Source: Clostridia bacterium (GTDB taxonomy: Bacteria > Bacillota > Clostridia > Oscillospirales > CAG-272). From it: DNA of 30,104 nt. The notes below the pieces were generated by a model that worked only from the letters and a program-made list of their open reading frames with translations, searched no databases and had not been told where the DNA came from. Location of the stretch: NCBI GenBank assembly GCA_024408015.1, contig JAKSVJ010000001.1:1-30104 (forward strand), read 5' to 3'. A program made the position numbers and the translations under genes. Below, piece by piece: positions 26,888-30,104 of the stretch. The number at the start of each line of letters is the position of its first letter. Positions within the stretch are counted from its first letter, which is position 1.

Positions 26888-27570
26888 TTGAATTTGAATC
26901 TATAAAGGCTAATATTGAGAAGTTTAACAAACTTGCAAGCGACAGCAATTCTAAATTATGTGCAGTTATAAAACTTCGCTCTCTTGAAGAAATTAATTAT
27001 GCTATCAATGATTGTGGTGTGAAACTTGTGGGGGAAAATCACGTTCAAGAATTGCTAGAACACTATGATTTGTTGAGAAATAGTAATTGTGAGATCCATT
27101 TTATTGGTCATCTACAGACAAACAAGGTTAAATATATTATTGACAAAGTTGATTTGATTGAATCGCTGGATAGTTTGCATTTGGCTGACGAAATTGAGAA
27201 GCAAGCGACCAAAAAAGACATTTGTATAAAATCACTTATCGAGATAAATATAGCTGAAGAAGAGCAAAAAAGTGGCGTCTTGCCATCTGAAGCAAAAAAG
27301 GTGTTTGAGGAACTGAAAAAATATAAACACATAAAGCCTATTGGACTTATGACCGTGGGTCCAGTTCTTGAGAATACAAAAGAATACATACCATTTTTCA
27401 TGAAAACACGAGAGTTGCTCGAAGAATTTTCAAGAGTTTATCCTGACGTCGATAAACCGATGATTTCAATGGGTATGAGTAATAGCTATCTTGAGGCACT
27501 TGAGTGTGGAACGTCAGAGATTAGAATTGGTAGTGGTATATTTGGTCCACGAGATTACTCAAAAAAATGA
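26884..27570 (+). CDS. yggS: PLP homeostasis protein YggS/YlmE (PLPBP)
   Basis: AVIK (PLP Lys), GENHVQE, HFIGHLQTNKVK, GLMT, SMGMS, RIGSGIFG. Confidence 0.93.
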   Translation: MIEFESIKANIEKFNKLASDSNSKLCAVIKLRSLEEINYAINDCGVKLVGENHVQELLEHYDLLRNSNCEIHFIGHLQTNKVKYIIDKVDLIESLDSLHLADEIEKQATKKDICIKSLIEINIAEEEQKSGVLPSEAKKVFEELKKYKHIKPIGLMTVGPVLENTKEYIPFFMKTRELLEEFSRVYPDVDKPMISMGMSNSYLEALECGTSEIRIGSGIFGPRDYSKK

Positions 27571-27591
27571 AAAAAATACATAAAAAATAGT

Positions 27592-27620
27592 TTGCATTAT
27601 TTAGATGCATATGATATACT
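27592..27620 (+). promoter_or_regulatory. SigA promoter with extended -10 for sepF
   Basis: TTGCAT (27592-27597), a 17-nt spacer ending in TGA, then TATACT (27615-27620). Confidence 0.7.
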
Positions 27621-27659
27621 AAATTTGTATCTAAGTATATGTTAATTTGGAGGAATATT

Positions 27660-28136
27660 ATGGGACTTTTTAATCGCCTAAAAGATCTTGTTACAACAGA
27701 GGTTGAAGACGAATCACTTCAGACAGAAGAATATGCATTGGACGACGAAGAAGAGATTGCCGATGAAATCTCAGAGTCTAAAATAAATACAAATTCTGGA
27801 ATTGCTATTTCTTCACCATCAATTGAACTTAAAGTAGTTAAGCCAGAACGTTATGACAACGTTACACAGATTGCAGATCACCTTATCGCACATAGAACAG
27901 TAGTTCTTAATTTGGAAGCTACTAACAAGGAAACAGCTAGAAGAATTATTGACTTCTTGTCAGGTGTTGCTTATTCAATCGGCGGACAACTCAAGAGAGT
28001 TGCTGCTAATACATTTGTTATCACTCCACAAAACGTTGATGTATCTGGCGATCAGATGAGACTCAGCGAGCAGAAACAGAATGTTATCCATCCTGAAACT
28101 GTTGTTGAAATGCCAAGCACAGACACAATTAGCTAA
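27660..28136 (+). CDS. sepF: Cell division protein SepF
   Basis: VVKP, VVLNLE, RIIDFLSG, VAANTFVITPQNV; follows yggS. Start moved to ATG 27660 after GGAGG. Confidence 0.93.
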   Translation: MGLFNRLKDLVTTEVEDESLQTEEYALDDEEEIADEISESKINTNSGIAISSPSIELKVVKPERYDNVTQIADHLIAHRTVVLNLEATNKETARRIIDFLSGVAYSIGGQLKRVAANTFVITPQNVDVSGDQMRLSEQKQNVIHPETVVEMPSTDTIS

Positions 28137-28181
28137 TTAAGTAATAACAAATCTTACATTCACCAAACAGTGAAACTTTGG

Positions 28182-28213
28182 CGGATCGACGTTTTACCGT
28201 CGATCCGTTTTTT
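28182..28213 (+). terminator. Intrinsic terminator-like hairpin between sepF and the divIVA-like gene
   Basis: CGGATCGACG-TTTTAC-CGTCGATCCG followed by a T-run. Confidence 0.75.
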
Positions 28214-28226
28214 GAAGGAATAAATT

Positions 28227-29018
28227 ATGAGCACAAAAAATCGAAAATTTATAAGTGTGCCATTTGGCTATTCAAAGATTCAAGTTAATTCAGAAGTGAA
28301 GAAACTTGAAGAAAAAATAGAAGCTATAAAGGCAGAAAAAGATGATGTTGAGAGAAAGCTCGCTGATACAGAGGAAACTTTGACAGAGCTTTTAAAAATG
28401 AACCTTAACATTGAAGATACAAAAAAGCAAGCTAACGAAATTATTCAAACTGCATATGAAAATGCAGATAAGATTTTGTTTACAACAAAGTCAAACTGTG
28501 ATGCTATTCTTAAGAACTTCAAACAAAAGGTTAATGAACAAAAAGCGCTTCTTGAAGAGATGAAAAAACAGGTAGTTTTGTTCAAGAGTGAATTGTTTGA
28601 AAAATATAGAGTTCACATAGAGATGATAGAAAAATTGCAAGTTGATAATCCAGACGACACAATGACTGCGGATGCTTATGTGGATGAAGTTGTTTCTTCA
28701 CTTAAGAAAACAATTGTTGTTGAATACGGTATCAATGTTTCTGAAGTTGAGCCAACTACTGCTCCAAAAGCTGAAGTAAAAGTTGAGCCTAGTGTTGATA
28801 CTCAAAAAGAGGCTGAACTTGTTGTTGAAGATGGCAATGAGAAATTTGTTCAGTTGGATGAAAAGATTAGTTCAACTCAAGAAAATAAAGCAATCAGTGT
28901 AATTGAGATGCTTCAAGAATACGAAAAGAAGGATGCAAAAGAATTTGCTGCCGAAGATGGAATTCAGTTGGTATTAGATATTGACGCAGGAATTCCAACC
29001 GAAAAGCCAGTTAAGTAA
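28227..29018 (+). CDS. Divergent DivIVA/GpsB-like coiled-coil protein
   Basis: KFISVPFGYSKIQVNSEV resembles the DivIVA F...GY...V start, followed by a long coiled coil. Its position after yggS-sepF matches the ylm cluster. Confidence 0.65.
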   Translation: MSTKNRKFISVPFGYSKIQVNSEVKKLEEKIEAIKAEKDDVERKLADTEETLTELLKMNLNIEDTKKQANEIIQTAYENADKILFTTKSNCDAILKNFKQKVNEQKALLEEMKKQVVLFKSELFEKYRVHIEMIEKLQVDNPDDTMTADAYVDEVVSSLKKTIVVEYGINVSEVEPTTAPKAEVKVEPSVDTQKEAELVVEDGNEKFVQLDEKISSTQENKAISVIEMLQEYEKKDAKEFAAEDGIQLVLDIDAGIPTEKPVK

Positions 29019-29023
29019 AAGTT

Positions 29024-29551
29024 ATGGTTTTATTTATTGTAATTATTATTGCTAGCATTATTTTGGATCAGGCATCCAAAATAATTGTTATGAATACATT
29101 TAGTCTTAATGAAACTAGGGATTTTATTAAAGGCATAATCAATTTTCGATATATTCGAAATGAGGGTGCAGCATGGGGAATGCTAAGTGAACAACGTTGG
29201 ATTTTTATTGTTATTACAATAATTGCTTGTTGTATTATCCCATATTTCATATACAAATATCGTAAATCACAGCGCATGTTCGGTATTGCCTTATCATTGG
29301 TTTTGGGCGGTGCATTGGGAAATTTGATTGATAGAGTTTTACTTGGTTCTGTAACAGACTTCATTGAATTCTCTTTCTTTGATTTTCCAATTTTCAACAT
29401 AGCTGATAGTTGCGTTACAGTTGGTGCTGCGCTATTGATAGTGTATATTATTTTCTTTGATAAGACTATTTTTGTTGATACAAAGAAAAAAGAAAAAAAT
29501 GAAAAGGTAAAAGAAGAATCGGAAAATGACAATAACAGTTCAGTCGGATAA
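29024..29551 (+). CDS. lspA: Lipoprotein signal peptidase II
   Basis: DQASK, NEGAAWG, GGALGNLIDR, VTDFI, FNIAD. Confidence 0.96.
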   Translation: MVLFIVIIIASIILDQASKIIVMNTFSLNETRDFIKGIINFRYIRNEGAAWGMLSEQRWIFIVITIIACCIIPYFIYKYRKSQRMFGIALSLVLGGALGNLIDRVLLGSVTDFIEFSFFDFPIFNIADSCVTVGAALLIVYIIFFDKTIFVDTKKKEKNEKVKEESENDNNSSVG

Positions 29552-30104
29552 TGTTGGTCTAAGAATAGATGCTTTAATATCAGAAAACTCGGAATATACA
29601 AGATCATTTTTACAAAAGTTGATTGAGGATGGCTCTGTATTAGTAAACGATAAGACTGTTTCAAAGAGCTATAAGGTTTGTTTGGGCGACATTATAACAG
29701 TCATTGAACCGGAGCCAGAACCATTGGAGGTAAAGCCTGAGAATATACCTCTTGACATTGTTTATGAGGATGATGATTTGATCGTTATAAACAAGTCTAA
29801 GGGAATGGTTGTTCATCCTGCTGCTGGAAACTATGATGGAACTTTAGTTAATGCGTTACTATACCATTGCAAAGATTCATTATCGGGAATTGGCGGTGTA
29901 ATGCGTCCTGGAATTGTTCATCGTATTGACAAATTGACGAGTGGCTTATTAGTTGTTGCCAAAAATGATTTTGCTCATGTAGCTTTATCGGAACAAATAA
30001 AAAGCCATGATGTTTCTAGAGTGTATCACGCTATAGCTTTGGGTAACATAAAAGAGAATTTAACTTTAGATTACCCTATAGGAAGAAGCACAAACGATAG
30101 AAAA
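29526..30104 (+). CDS. rluD: RluA/RluD-family 23S rRNA pseudouridine synthase, 3' end off the window
   Basis: Translated by hand from ATG 29526: S4 domain (LRIDALISE...SRSF-like LQKLIEDGSVLVN), then IVYEDDDLIVINKSKGMVVHP, GTLVNALL, PGIVHRIDKLTSGLLVVAK (catalytic Asp). Confidence 0.93.
   Translation, partial: MTITVQSDNVGLRIDALISENSEYTRSFLQKLIEDGSVLVNDKTVSKSYKVCLGDIITVIEPEPEPLEVKPENIPLDIVYEDDDLIVINKSKGMVVHPAAGNYDGTLVNALLYHCKDSLSGIGGVMRPGIVHRIDKLTSGLLVVAKNDFAHVALSEQIKSHDVSRVYHAIALGNIKENLTLDYPIGRSTNDRK

Noticed and set aside
29068-29664. 198-aa antisense ORF over lspA/rluD
   Set aside because: It lies entirely opposite two well-supported genes, has no RBS, promoter or motif that I can see, and has a composition typical of shadow frames.

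Overview
A low-GC Bacillota (Clostridia-like) chromosomal segment made almost entirely of housekeeping genes on the + strand. In order: a minus-strand Xer-type tyrosine recombinase followed by a membrane-protein gene cut by the window edge; trmL-secA-[two related unknown membrane proteins]-lepB-rbgA-rnhB-metallophosphoesterase; tig-clpP-clpX; an orphan GH43; a divergent switch made of a 65-aa orphan ORF and an XRE-HTH/S24 self-cleaving repressor; CIRCE-groES-groEL; uxaC-mrp-[degenerate LMW phosphatase]-rimI-tsaD-dnaD-dnaC-birA-queA-miaA-yggS; and sepF-divIVA-like-lspA-rluD (partial). I see no rRNA, tRNA, CRISPR array, transposase or phage structural gene. The best candidate for an undescribed system is the 14.4-15.6 kb module. 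There a cI/HdiR-like repressor with intact Ala-Gly, Ser and Lys autocleavage residues faces a 65-aa gene that has its own perfect-consensus promoter, RBS and terminator. A shared 16-bp near-palindrome (consensus TTACCTTGCAAGGTAA) overlaps both promoters, and the two copies flank a phased A-tract repeat. The second candidate is the paralogous polytopic membrane-protein pair (three copies of one unit) translationally coupled between secA and signal peptidase I. All calls come from motif reading by eye; no database search was run.
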